64,000 bases of DNA from Adineta vaga. Taxonomy: Eukaryota > Animalia > Rotifera. The translations under genes were made by a program, and so were the position numbers. Location of the stretch: assembly GCA_021613535.1 (NCBI GenBank), contig CP075497.1:8866001-8930000 (forward strand). The letters are read 5' to 3'. A model generated the notes under the pieces. That model was not told the origin of the DNA and made no database searches. It worked only from the letters and a program-made list of their open reading frames with translations. Every line of letters starts with the position of its first letter. The stretch's first letter is position 1. Shown one piece after another: positions 1 to 14,391 of the stretch.

Positions 1-1130
1 ACCTGGACCGGGATGACTCATCGAATTTGGTGGTAATCGAGCGCCTGGTGATGTCATCCGTAGACCTAAATTTTCGAAAGAAATAATGTTTTATTTTAAT
101 AGCACAGTGCGACGAATTTTTACCATTTCGACCGACATCCATTTGTGGTGGCATCAAAGGTCCACCATTTGGTCCACCCTAAATAGAGAAAAAATAGAAT
201 AATATTGTTTAAATTTGACATCTTCATTTCATACTGGATAGTCTGGTTGAGAAGGCATACGAACAAGTGATCGTGGAGGTGCATTTGGATAGCGAGGATA
301 CTAGAAAAAGATGCGTTTCTTCTAAGTAAAATAAAAAGCTATTTGATTTGTTTACTTGATTCATCATTTGTTGACCTGATGGCTAAATAAATGAATAAGA
401 TTTACTTTATTTTCGAAAGAAAAATAATGACTTTCTTACTGGAAAAAAAGGAACGCCTGGATTATGCATTCCTTCATTGACATTCATTGGCATTGGTGGT
501 GGAGCATTTGGATTTAGATTTGGCTAAAATTAATAAAAAAGAGAATTTATGAAATACATATTAGATGGCATAGTTTCCTACTTGAGGAGGAATACCATTA
601 GGAGCATAATTGGAATTAATAAAACCCTTTAAAAAAAGTAATGTTTCAATGTAATTGTTTGAAAAACAAACAAAAGAAATCTTACATAATCATGAAATGC
701 TTTTGCTTCTTCGGAATGAGGATGTTGATCTCGACGTTCCGGTGCTGCACTGTACAAATCCCAAAAGACACTAAAATAAAAATGATTATCTCAAAGGGAA
801 TGTTTCTCATTTCATCATACTTACCACCACCAACTAAATAAAAATCCTGGTGCTTCGCCGAGTGACATTTTATTCGGTTCCCATTTCATCTATTATATTT
901 TTTTTCAAAATAAATTTTCAATCACTTCACAAAGATAAAACTTACATCCGCACAAAATCCCTGAGCTGCTTTCAATGCACCAATATGGTACAAATATTCG
1001 TAAACATATAGATTCAATCTAAATGAACAATTATATTTTAGAAAAAGAAAACAATAACTATTTGAAAGTTTCACTTTTCTTTTGCATGCATATCCGATGG
1101 TGCACTAACACCCTTGTTTTTTCCGTACAT
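1..1130 (-). CDS. SSBP3: Single-stranded DNA-binding protein SSDP/SSBP2-4 family (LisH/LUFS domain), 5' part; runs off the left edge
   Basis: ATG at 1130. Spliced short exons read [93 protein letters not shown], the LUFS domain of SSDP proteins, followed by P/G/M-rich exons. Paralog number is not resolvable. Confidence 0.92.
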
Positions 1131-2165
1131 ATTTAATAAGATATTAATTTGAAGATAAATAAACAAAGAACAACATTGGATGTGAAAACTTAATAAACGC
1201 TATATTCAATCTAAAAGATTGAGTTTTTTAAAGTTTAATTTAATTTATATACACCAAGAGATTGAATTTGATTGATCGATTGATTTTATAATAGCAAAAA
1301 AATTCTGTCAAGTAGACACCATTACTTTACAGCTAATACCTCTATTGTATATTCTCGTGAGATCGACACAACGAATGAAAATTGGAAGGAAAATCAACTT
1401 ACAGAAATTTTTAGAATGAACGTATTTCTTTTTTTTCTGTATCAATGTATATAATCATGTGAATGATGGATTCTTTGTAAAGGTTCAAAGAAAAAGTTTG
1501 ATTGGCGGAAGAACACAACCAACCACAGAACGTTTTACTCTCATACTCGGCAATCATACGAAGATTTCAAATTTTGTAGGGAAAAAAAGAGATCAAAATT
1601 ATTGTTATTTTATTTGTTCCGTGAATTAAACTCTGATTACGCGTTGAACATAACTGATTTATTTCTCAATGAGAAACAACTGATAAATGTAAATTTTCCA
1701 ATTTCGTTGAGGATGTCACATAGATAAGACGATATGATAAAGATTGATAAGTATGCAAAATATTCCAGTTTCACGACATAATATTAATAACCATGCATAT
1801 TTATAAAGTCTTTTTTCAACACAAAGTAAAATATTCGTAGATGAATGATAAAATTCTATCGATACATCTTAGAGATTCATTGATCTTTGTAATTTGAATT
1901 TCTAACTAGAGGACTTATTTTTCAGCTCAGAAATCTTTTTGTCCTGCAGCTTTTAGAATCACCTCATTAACTTTTGTCTAAGAGCAAAAATGCATGACTG
2001 AGCACATAAGTTTTTTTGATAATAAATAAAAACTAAAGTTGTATCTTATCAAAATGTGAATCTAACGTTCTCAATACACGTAACTTAACAATCTAATCAA
2101 GAATTCTTGTAGAAATTTCATTCTTCTAATGATGATATACTTTTAAATTTAGGTAAGACGTTACC

Positions 2166-3001
2166 ATGCTTACATATGCTTCAAAACCATCGGAAGATGA
2201 TATAATGAAAAGTATAACTAATGAAGAACGTGAAAGAATGAAAGAATTCGAAAAGATTCGTAGTTCGACTTTTAATTGTTTTTTTGAAAATCCACCTCGA
2301 GTTACAGGTGAACCATCGATTGTTCTCGATGATTTTCTCTTCTTGGGAGATATGGGACATGGAAAAAATAAAAAAATACTTGAAAAATTACAGATTCGTA
2401 AGTTGTAGATAATGATTCTTTATAAATCGTTTTATTATTTGTTGCAGGACATATATTAAATGTATGTGATTGGGATACGAATAAAATAATTCGTGATAAT
2501 TTTAACGTTATTCATATTTCATTATTAGACGAATCACAAACAAATATTAAACAAGTAAATAAGTGAATTTTAATTTTATACGAACATAAATTCGAATATT
2601 TCTAGCATTTCGAACGAACCAATGAATTATTACATGGATTCTATGAAAAGAAAGAACGTTGTTTAGTACATTGTGCGGCTGGTATGAAAACTCTATTGAG
2701 AATTGTATTCTATTTCAAATCAATGTTTATTTTAGGTATATCACGGTCTGCAACAATTGTTCTTGCTTATTTATTGAAATACCATCATAATACATTGAAA
2801 GAAGCTTATACATATCTTGTTGCAAAGCGTCCCTTAATTTGTCCGAATGAAGGTTTCCTTTTGCAATTAATTCATTATGAAAAAGATTTAATCCAAAGCC
2901 GAGAAATTCAACCTACAAGTGAAACAAAATTTCTTATGAAAGAAAACAATCCAATTGAAACATTAAATGAATTTGAGGATAAACATAATACAGACGAATA
3001 A
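2166..3001 (+). CDS. Atypical dual-specificity protein phosphatase (4 exons)
   Basis: Exons ~2166-2397, 2448-2553, 2606-2682, 2737-3001 join to give EPSIVLDDFLFLGD..HILNVCD..LLDESQ..VHCAAGISRSATIVLAYL..RPLICPNEGFLLQL, with the HCxxGxSRS catalytic loop and the PNxGF motif. Confidence 0.9.
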
Positions 3002-3089
3002 ATCAAATATGGTTCGTATTTTATATTTTTTATAAAAAAATAAATATTTTTATTTTCAATCAATAATTACAAATAATAAATGAAAGAAA

Positions 3090-3098
3090 CTAATGATT

Positions 3099-3130
<32 letters not shown>

Positions 3131-3470
3131 AATCAGGATCTTGATCTAAACATAATTCAATTGAACTATTATCACAAAAATTCGTTACGGATATTGATGA
3201 ACTATCTGATTTGATTAATTCTTCATCTTCATCATCTAATAATAATGCTGTGGACTGTAATTGATAACTATCAACATTATTTACTTGAATTGCCATGTCA
3301 AAATCGCATATATGATTCGGTAGGTGATTAATATGTGATTGTTGTTTTTTGGATTTCGTAGATAACTGATTTTTGAATAGACTGATAGTTTTTGAAGACT
3401 GTATAACAATAACGAGAACAATGATACCGATTACCGGTATCGAATAAATAGATAGGTCGTTAAGAAACAT
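3090..3470 (-). CDS. Hypothetical small single-pass membrane protein with acidic poly-Asp tail
   Basis: Intronless ORF (first ATG at 3470) with a hydrophobic segment IYSIPVIGIIVLVIVI and a (GAT)n-encoded poly-D C-terminus. No family recognised. Confidence 0.45.
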
Positions 3471-4088
3471 GTTTTTAACAAATGACTGACTTGCTGAAAT
3501 CAATAACTATCGAAGAGAAATGAGCACGAAGAAAAGAAAGAGAGAACGAACAAAACAAATAGTTCGTTCGAAGAGTATGAGTAACTAACGAGTGTCCTGT
3601 TTATGGAGTCGATAGAAATAATATCACCTTTTTTTCTTCCCACATGACGTCGATACGTACATACTGACATAAACTCGTAGTTTGTATCTGTCATTCATAA
3701 AGTACAAGGTTAATTTTATTTTTTCTCATGACGTTTTCTTTGAAATATTGCTGAGAATTTTATTTTGATCGGCCGTTGTTTTATGCAAATCATCAAGGTT
3801 ATTTAAAATCTCTTGTATTTTATGAATATAATCAGTAATTTGATTTTCAATTTGATCAACATATTGATTTAGTATCAGATATTCATCATAGGAAAGTTTT
3901 GTATTAATATCTAAATAATTATAAAAATAAACGTTTGCTTCAATTAATCAATTTTTAGTTATGAAAAACTATAGTAACACGAAATAATGTTTATTGAAAA
4001 CAGAATACACAATCAACGTTTGTCATTGAAATACGACTTCAGGTTGTGAATCAAGTTTTTGTTTCAAATAGAAACATAACAACCACAG

Positions 4089-6915
4089 TTACAAAGGTGA
4101 AAAATCTCTATAACGACATTCACTAGCATCACCTCGAAATGACCCCGTATTTTATTCTTAATTTACCTGATTTATTTTTATCTTCATGACTAAATAAAAT
4201 AAACATAATCAAATCAATAGATAAGACAATATTTATCTTACTTTTCATTCAATTTAATTTGTTCTTTATCTAAATTTTCAATTGGTTTTTTTCTTTCATT
4301 ATCTATATAACTATTTTTCTAGAAAAATCAATCGATTATTGAAATCATTGGTACGTCATTTTCGAATTTACTTTTAACTTCTTAGAAAATAACTTTGAAA
4401 AACCTTGAATATAAAATGTTTGTAATGTTTGATCCGATATAATTCGAGAATATGTATCATTAATAATAGCTAAAAACATATTCAATAGAACGAAGTAAAC
4501 AAAATAAATATATGTAAATAAAAACAATGGCCCGACAGTTTCATCAACATTTAACATTGCATAAAAATCGAAATCTCCAATAATCATTCGAAATAGAGTG
4601 AAACTAAGAATACAAAACAGCTTAGATTTTAGTTGGAAAAATTCTCATTTACATTGATCCAGGAAATGATCGCCAGTCAGTTAAATATCTTCCAAAGAAA
4701 ATCCATCCGAATTGTGTATAAGCAAGAAAAATAATCGAGAAAATACAAGTAAATGCAAAGATTTCATTTAAACAAGATGACATAGTTTTATTGAGTAAAA
4801 GCATTGTTTTATTTAAATTTAAATATTTAAATATTTTCAACCATGTTAAAGCAAGTGTTAATCCTAAATAGAAATCCGAATTGATTTTTAATGTAAATAG
4901 ATTATTGAAATTTGGATAATGATTTTCTATTTGTAATAAACGATTGAGATGTTTTCGTGTGGAAAAATATATTAAAAGTTGATAAAGGATACAAATGAAT
5001 GAAAGAATGAGAGAAATTAGATTGATTACATTCCAAAGATTGAATAGAAAGTATTGCTTCTTTCGAATAATCTAAATTATCAATAGATGTTTTAGTTAGA
5101 AGAGATAAAGATGAGAACTGACTTCAATAATACATTCGATCATTTGAAGAATAACAATGAGAGTAAAGATCAATTCACAAACAAGAGTTATATAATCAAA
5201 CGAAGATGTGTACTAGAAACAAGTTGATCGAAGTATATAGATACACAGAAGATAGAATGACAATATACTTGAATTAATTTAACTGCTCGAATTGATGTAG
5301 AAGGGATGGCACCACCGTGAAAAGAGAATTGAAAAAAACTTTTTTTGATATAATGAAGATAGAAGATCTCTACCTGATGAAGGATATTCAGCAAGAAGAC
5401 TAAATAAAAATACATTTGTTTTTTTTTCAATATTTTTTTAATAGTATTTTACCATATATGACAAAATAGATTAATATTTGGATTATAAACAATCGTATCA
5501 AAGAATACTGCACGTGTTCCTCGATTAATCCATGAATTTCTGTTCAATTCTTCTAGAATTTTCATCGTTGTAATAGCACTATACAATTTCATATTCCATT
5601 TCTTCTACCTTGTTCATTCTTTTAATTCTTACTTTCGAGTCAATAATTGTACATAACCACCACCATTATATTGAGATACCATTCCTTTATAAACATCTGT
5701 TTCAGTTACATCAGCAGATGTATAATTCCATCTAAAAATCGAATCATTAAAGTAAATTTTTCGAAAATAAGACAACATACGCATCAGATGTATATATATT
5801 CAGTTGATTATTACCAAATGAACTTTGATCTTCTTGATCGATTGTATATGCAGCATAACATTGTTGAGTAAAATTTCGTTTAGCAAATTCTTTGTGAAGT
5901 TTACAAGAATTTGGTTTTATCTTTCAATATATATATATATATTCCATTAGAATTAAATTAAACAAAAGTTTTTGCATCAATTTACTCGAACTTGTCTCAA
6001 TCGTGGAACTCCTAAATAAAAACATTCGATACGTGTGACCTATAGAGAAAAAACAACAAGCCTTCTTCTACCGAGAATTTTGTTTTCATTAAATATATAT
6101 CCATAATTTGTTTTCGATAGATTGGATTTATCTCTATGAATATTATACAATTGTGAAAAAATTGGTCCTTGTATTGCCTATGAAAACAAAGATTGATATA
6201 AGCAGTTACATGTTACGATATATAAACCTTCCAAAAGTCATCACCGTTATTTTGAGCAATATCATTGAATGAATTTGCATCATTTGTTTTCAAAGTAACA
6301 AAAGCTTTTGTTAACATATTTGTAAAATAGTATGTCGAATCATTCGTTCGACCAAAACTAACTAAAAAGATTAAAAGTCTTATGTGAAATTTTCTGGGCC
6401 AAACATTTTCAATCCAGAAGAACAAATTCTGACATGACTTTGTAGAATATTATTTATTGATTTACACCTATCGTTTAATAACATATTTTGACATAGATTG
6501 TAGATAAGATATGTTTTTAAAATAAGTCATTTGTTTTGATTATTTTCTCAACATCTCATATGTAAACTTCGTCCGAGTAGATTTTTTTTCATGAATAAAA
6601 AAGTATCGTCAGTCTTATCGGAAAGGAAAAATATTGATTTTAAGAGTAAACATTTGGTATTGACATTTCTTTTCGGAAAAAAGATCATACTTGCACAAAT
6701 AATAATCAAGCATAGACCATAAAGAATTAGTTCACGTATTAAAATACTGTTATTCTCTTCACGTTCTTTTTGTTTTAATTGAACTAAACAAATAATTTTT
6801 CTTTCTAAGAAAGGAAAGTTTTAATGGAAATTTTCTCACAATTTAACGGATTTATTGATGAATTTGAATTGGAATCTATAGTCGATAATGATGTTTTCGA
6901 TCGTTTATGTGTCAT
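4089..6915 (-). CDS. Divergent polycystin-2 (TRPP)-like channel lacking the C-terminal EF-hand/coiled coil
   Basis: Multi-exon. Reads [113 protein letters not shown], followed by a short tail. ATG ~6915, stop ~4089. One acceptor (~5316) reads CG rather than AG. Confidence 0.85.
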
Positions 6916-7099
6916 TGTCAAAGAGAAGTTAATAAACGCGCGAAGATAAACGATTTATTTCAAGAGAACATTGCTTATACAATGTAACAAAAAGCATTTG
7001 AAATGATTAATATAAATATATGTATACGTTAAACGTTTGAGAAGAGAATGACTAGACAATAATCACAATAGCAAAGAAAAAGTTTTAATTTTCATGTTC

Positions 7100-10000
7100 T
7101 TATTGATTAAATTTCATTCCACTCGGTATTCGAGAGAACTCATCTTCATGACGTAATGATGTGCTACTTCGATAAACAGAACTTGGCGCACCTGGACTTT
7201 GACGATCTGAACTATTTTCAATTAATTCTTCGCGAATCATCTTTTCTAAACGTTCATGTTTAGCTTCTTTACTTAAATGATTATCCTAAATACATTCAAA
7301 TATATAAAATATGAATTCTAAAACAAAACATGAATTCTATGATTGTACCTCTGTCATTGAATTTAAAATTCTTGTTAGTACTTCACGTCGTTTGACTTTA
7401 CCCTTTTCCATCGCTTCTAATTTTGTTAAAACATCATCAATCTAAAGAGCAGAAGAAATGAAATTGTCATTCTTTTGAAATATTTCCACTATTCGTACTC
7501 GAGAAACAATATTTCCCACGGAATATTCCATTCGATCCATACGGCGAATTAATATTTTGAATTCATCAAATGTTATATGATTAAGATTATCTATTTTCTT
7601 TTGACCATTTGCATTTAATTTTCTAAATAAAATCAATTTTCTAAAATAAATATCAAGTGAAATCTTTCGGCTTACACAGCATTATCAGATTCATCGTTTA
7701 AATTCTTAATATCTTTATCCAGATCATTTTCTTGAGTAGAAAGATCTTTTTGAAAATGAGTTTGTTCTATATTACGAAGAGTTCGATCACCATCAGTATC
7801 ATAACGTGTAAAAACATTTTCAATTTCAGCATCAGTAAAACCACGTGATTTCAGTTCACGACGCCATTCATCGAACTAAATTCATAAACGAATACAATTC
7901 TCCTTATCGATCTATCATTTTTCTCTTACATCAATAACACCATCTTTATTTGTATCAGCTGCTTTCAATGCATTTTGAATATCAATAACACGCTAGAATG
8001 ACGAGATATTAGAAGAAATTTCATTCGAATTACTAGGAAAACTTACATCGCGTTTAAGATGTAAACGTCCAAGCATTTTTCCATAAGATTTCTTGAGATA
8101 TTCTCCCAATTCAAATTCCGATTTTTGTGTTGACATATCATTTTTCACCTCGGAATATGTATCATTGATAATAGCCAAGAACATATTCAATAAGACGAAG
8201 AAGACAAAGAAGACATAAGTCAAAAAGAAGATTGGACCAAGGATACGATGAGCATTCAAAATTGCTGAAATAGAAAAAGATAAATCAAATAATAAGTAAT
8301 ACTTTAAGTGAAAATGTCTACCATCGAAATCAAAATCACCCAAGATGATACGAAACAATGTAAAACTAAAATAAAAATATGAGAATGGAATAAACATTTT
8401 CTCTCTTAAACTAACATCGATGCACTAAATGTTTTATAATCTTCTACCATGGAACCAAATAATAAATAACCCAATTGTGCATATGCCAAGAATACAATCA
8501 TAAACATCACACTAAAACCGAGCACATCTTTTGCACATCGTGATAACGTAGTTGATAATTGTGTCATTGTTTTATTGAATGAAACATATTTGAAGATCTA
8601 AATAAGAATTGAACTACAAAATAATCATAACTATGATGATTGATTTACTTTGATCCACGCAAGAAAGACAGTAAATGCGATGACATTATTGAATTGTAAT
8701 TGCCAATAACTAAGAAATTCGAAATCGGCAAATGTATTTTCATTGTCTAATAATTCATCGAGAATTTCCGAAACTTTAACTTGACGATAAATGTTAAATG
8801 CAATACAAATATATGAAATAAGAAGAATGAGTACATCGAGAACATTCCAAATCGTTTTGAAATAATGAATTTTAAACCGTGTAATCTAAAATGAAAATCA
8901 TCTCTTTTAAATGAAATTATAGCAATTCATCAACATACTTCAAGACCTTCTTCAACTGTATAATAAATGGTAAAGATAATGAACAAAATTTCACATGCCA
9001 AGACAAAATAATCCATTGTTGAAACATACTAAAATTAATGAAAGAAATCTTTCTGTTTTCATATTTAGTCTTTCTTTTAGAAATTCGTACACGAATTAAT
9101 TTGACTGATGCAAATGATTTTGATGATACAGCTCCACCTGATGCTGGAAATTCGACTGTTAATTTAACTTGACAGAATAAATTGATATTGGCATTGTATA
9201 ATGTAAAATCGAGAAAAACGACACGTGAACTACGATCAAGCCATAGGTTTTCTTTCAAGTTTGCTATTTGTGCTTGAGCAGTTTCGAAATTTCGTGTTAA
9301 TTCTTGTACATAACCACCACCACTGTATCGAGAAATTAAACCACTTCTTGATGAACCCTGAAGTTCTGAAGATGTTTTATAATTCCAACTGAAATTAAAC
9401 AATATTGTTTGAGGAAAAAGTCATTAATAGAACGAAAATTATTCTTACGGTTCTTCAGACAACAATAAAGATCTATTCTCTGGTCCGAAGCGTCCTTGAT
9501 CTTCTTTTCGACTACTGTATGGTGCATAACATTCATCAATTAATGATCGAAATTTTTTATGAACAACACAAGAATTATTTTTCATCTAGTCATACCAAAA
9601 TCTTTATAGAATATGTTGCTTACTCCCAAATTTCACATACCCGAAGCTGACGAAGACGTGGTAAACCGATAATTTTATTTTCGAATAGGACATAACCTAA
9701 TTGATCATTAGTTATATTTTCACCATTGTACCATTTCGTATCGAAGAGACCATTGAGAACTTTATCACTCATGACCTAGATAGGGGATCTTCTATACAGA
9801 AAAATTGTATCAAACTATCTTACATTCCAGAAATCATCGTAATTTGCAATATCATCGAATGCTGGTTGATCACCGATATCGATGATTTTACGTTCAGTAA
9901 AGATAGTACGCAGAACCGTGGTGAAATAATACGTTTTTGATGAAGTCATTCCAAAGGTAACTTAAAATATGAAATTAAAAAGATAATAATCTATCCCATT

Positions 10001-10564
10001 GAGGATTTTCATTTGAGTATGATTTGTATGAAAAAAAACTCTTATTCGAATAAAACTAATATTATTATTATGGAATATGTGACCAGTATGATAAATCTTA
10101 TGTCAATAGATAAAATTACAGATCGACTATCTCATTACTAGCATGAAAAATGTGAATTATTGTACTTACTAATACATAAAATGGCAATAAATACCAAATA
10201 GATGATAAGTTCTCGTAATGTTGTTTTTACGTACAACTCCTTGTTTTTTCCAATATCCTTTTCTGTTTGTCGTGTAGCCCAAAGTGCTAATCATTCCAAA
10301 GATTCATATTTAAAAGGAAATAAAACAACGGAAATACTTACAACGAATTCCATGAAGAATTGTTCGACCAATGCCTCGTTTTGCCACTGGACTGCGTCGC
10401 TGTTGTTCAGAATGTGTTAAATTTCGTTTATCGCCGCCCGGTTTCACCACAAAAATATCAGAATTAGCCGGACTTACTGTACCTGTATTTTTTCTTTTAT
10501 TTGATTTTTCATCAAAAACCGAATCACCTAACGAAGCTGTTCGTGCATTCATTTTAGCAGCCAT
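7100..10564 (-). CDS. PKD2: Polycystin-2 (TRPP2) cation channel, full length
   Basis: Multi-exon. Contains [71 protein letters not shown]-type S4-S5 linker, RIILGDFDF pore, [17 protein letters not shown], an EF-hand-like segment ([10 protein letters not shown]) and the coiled coil [21 protein letters not shown]. Confidence 0.95.
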
Positions 10565-12938
10565 ATCAAAAATGTTCGTGTCGTATTTGTAACAGTATTC
10601 AGGCAAGTAGTTTTTAATGTTCACACGTACGCTCACTTGTTACTTCTAACTCCTTTGAGGAATGTTGTTTTTTTATATATATTGATAAATTAATTTTATT
10701 TTCTCTCTCTCTTTTTCTCTCTCATTCTCTTCTTGTTCAGTCTGGTTGGACGTTCCAATAAGAGAGCATATGCAGAAAAAGGTAGAATTATTTTTCTCAA
10801 GATTGAAATTACATCGACTCTGTTGAACTTATTGACGTCAATGGTCGATTCAGATGGGAGATATAGAATTCTATCAATTCCTCTGTGTATTTTTTTGCAA
10901 AAAAATATTTGTCATTATAAAACAATTGATGAAAAAAAAGAGTTCTCCTATTTTTTGCTCTTGTATTATTTCCCGGTATATTTGTTTGTCGTTTATTAGA
11001 AAAGAAAAGATAAATAATCGGTGAAATTTACTAGTTTTCTATTGCGCAGTTGGTATATATTATTGACATTGAAGCACGTTTATTAAAAGATTGATATCTA
11101 GTAGACAAGAAAAACCAATAAATTGTTTGGAAAAGCTTTAATTTTCCAAATCATTGAAAAAATATTAAAATTTGAAAACAAAATCAGATAAATCTTGAGG
11201 GAATTTGAATTATTAAAAATCATCGGAAATTTCAATCGATTATCACTTATTAGTACAATTGAATCCCTCGATGAAACATTTGCAAGTCAATATTATTCTT
11301 TCTATCAAAATAAAAAGACACAAAACGAAATGAAATAAATTTATCAACGAACAGATAAGCTTCAAAATTGTAAATGTGTATGCAATTGATATATTTATAT
11401 ATAGATGTGATGTATACGATAGGCATTGTTTGATCAAATATTCAACATGATTCGTTTGAAGAAAAAAAAAATCGAATTGTCTATTTATTTTTGATTAAAA
11501 TATGAAAATAGATGCGATTTGATCTATTGACAAAGGAGAAAAAAAACGATTCTTCCATCTGTTAAGATTCTCTGTTGGTGTTTCGTTTATTTGAAGAAGT
11601 ACGCTATGCTTATTTCAAAAGATAACGTCAAGTATCAGCATGATGCAATGTCGTTTAAATACCTTTATAGTTATCGTTTTCGTATTCTTAATTTTTTCAA
11701 TTTACGAGAGACAAATTTACAAAGAAAACCGAGGAACTATACTATTGATTACTTATGTAAATGCATTCTTGTCATCGGCAATTTATTCTCCATTTCAACT
11801 TTATCTTTCGATGGTTAATGTAACAAATAAAAAAGGTTGTCCCGTTTTATCGATTGATGACACAAAGAGAGAGAGAGCGAAAACGAAGGAAGAAAGAAAA
11901 GATTTCATCGCTATTCTACACGAATCCATTTGCTTCTTTTTACGTTTTTTCTCTCTTCCTCTCTCTTCTGTCTCTTTCGGTTTTTTTTTCGAAAATTATC
12001 TATTTGCTTTAGATATACTTATTCGGCATGTGTCCATCGACTAGTGGTTTTGTGGTAATGATTTCTATTTTATATATTCCTATCATAAAAGATCATTTAC
12101 ACATTCTCTCTTCTTGGAAAAAAAATACTGATGGATATATTTTAACATTTATTTTTACGTGCTCCATCAAGGCCTATCTAGAACTTTGTATTTGAGTGTC
12201 ATACTTCACTATCGATATTTTACTTTTGTCTTATCTTTAAGAATGAGTTGATGAAGAAAAGGAAACTTAGTCGAACTAGTAGCAATGTTTTCGATTTATA
12301 TCATGTATAGATTTTAAGAAATAGAAGAATACTAGTAGTAAAATATGAAGGTTGAACATCTGATGTATAGATAGATCAATTCTATATTCGTGTTTTGTCC
12401 CAAATTCCAAGATAAATATGTACATTGAAGATATAGGTAAGAGACAAAAGTGTAATTGAATGTGATGTAATCATTATTACAAAAATGTGTGTATGATGTG
12501 ATCATCTTTCATCTTCTTTGCTTCAAAAAGAAAATAAGATGATCGTATGTATAAAGTTGAAGAAGAAGAAGAAAGAGAAAGATCGAGGATAATCGATTTA
12601 TTTTACAATACAGAATAGAGAAAAAGAATAAGTGTAATTTGTACATCTCGAACATATTTCTTTATGATAGCATTGACTGTTCTTTATGATGAGAAACAAA
12701 AGAAAAAGATGATAGTATTAACCTTTGATTTGAAAGACTAAAATAGCAATGAATTGAGTTTCTGAAAGGATAGGTAATGCAAATATGTACCACGATAGTC
12801 TTTCAGAGGTTCGATATTATATTATAGATAAATAAGTACATCTATTAATACAAGAATAAATATCTCATATTGAATGTCATATATTTTTTTTTCGTTTTAT
12901 TATTTTTGATTGAATAAAATATTAAACAATATATCATT

Positions 12939-14391
12939 ATGGATATATTGGAATTCGCAAAAAAATTAAGTGCTGGTAAACATCATTCAGCACGCAATGA
13001 TGATGTCTTCATCGATCGACTCAATCATAGATATACGGTGACAATGATTTTAGTCTTTGCAGGAATTGTTACAACACAACAATATTTTGGTTCACCAATT
13101 ACATGTTGGGTAAGTCATTTTGAATCCTATTCAATTAATTCAAGCTTTTCCTTTAGGTACCTGCTCAATTTACAGGTGGTTATGAAAAATATGCAAACGA
13201 TATATGCTGGATAATGAATACATATTACGTTCCAATGGAACATGATATTCCACATGCTGAAACTACTCGATATGAACGTAAGTTAATGTAACACTTTTTC
13301 GGTAATTTTCTTTTTTGAATTATTTAGGAATGCTTAAATATTATCAATGGTCACCATTTATATTGATGTTTATGGCACTTTGTTTTTATTTTCCACGTAT
13401 GATTTGGCGATCATTAAATAATAAATCAGGTTTAGATATCGAAAAATTAGTCGACCATGCAATGAAACAAGAACAACAAGAAAATCCTACCGAAGAACGA
13501 GAAAAAGCAGTTGACCATATTTTTAATTCTATTCGCGTATATATCGAAAATCGTTATACATCTGCAACACCTCATCACAATCGTTCGAGAAATGTTCCTG
13601 GAAAATTCTGGTATTATATCGCATTTTGGCGTCATCGTCATTTAAGTGCTTATCTTGTTTTACTCTTTACATTCGTTAAATTACTATTTCTTGTCAATTC
13701 CTTAGTACAAGTCTTTCTATTAAATGCGTTTCTAGGTAATGAATATCATTTATTTGGTTTTGAAGTCATCAATAAATTCATGCGTGGTCTTGACTGGGGT
13801 GAATCCAAACGTTTTCCACGTGTTACATTATGTGATTTTCATATTCGAGAAGTTGGTATTGTACATCGTTATACAGTTCAATGTGTTTTACCGATAAATT
13901 TATTTAATGAAAAGATTTTTCTTGTTCTTTGGTTTTGGATTTTACTTCTAGCTGCATTCAATATAGGTGATTTTGTAGCTTGGCTCTTTCGTATGATTCG
14001 TGTTGACAATCGTTCAGCTTATGTTCGACGAAAATTAATGATGCAGAATGTCTCTCTTTTTGAATCTGATGATCAGCAAAATCGATTTGATGAAGAAAGG
14101 AATATCAAAGCTTTCGTTCGAGAATATTTACAAGAAGATGGCTGTTTTGCACTTCGATTATTAGCAAGAAATGGACAAGATATTATCGTCGGTGAAATTA
14201 TTGATAAATTATATAAATATTATTGTGAAACACATAAAAAAATTAATTCAAACAATGATCATCCTATTCAACAACATTCCAATGGTTCATCACAATATCC
14301 ATCTCGTTCAACAACACATCCAACACCTGCTCAACGATTAATATCGACGGATAAGTTAAATAATGATGATGAGGACTCTAATCTAGTATGA
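12939..14391 (+). CDS. Innexin (gap-junction protein), 3 exons
   Basis: Exons ~12939-13109, 13157-13277, 13329-14391. Motifs DDVFIDRLNHRYT, GSPITCWVP, YYQW, FPRVTLCDF and QCVLPINLFNEKIF. Confidence 0.96.

Noticed and set aside
10733-12900. ORFs between PKD2 and innexin (e.g. 11640-12044)
   Set aside because: Low-complexity AT-rich translations; more likely divergent promoter and 5'-UTR/intron sequence.
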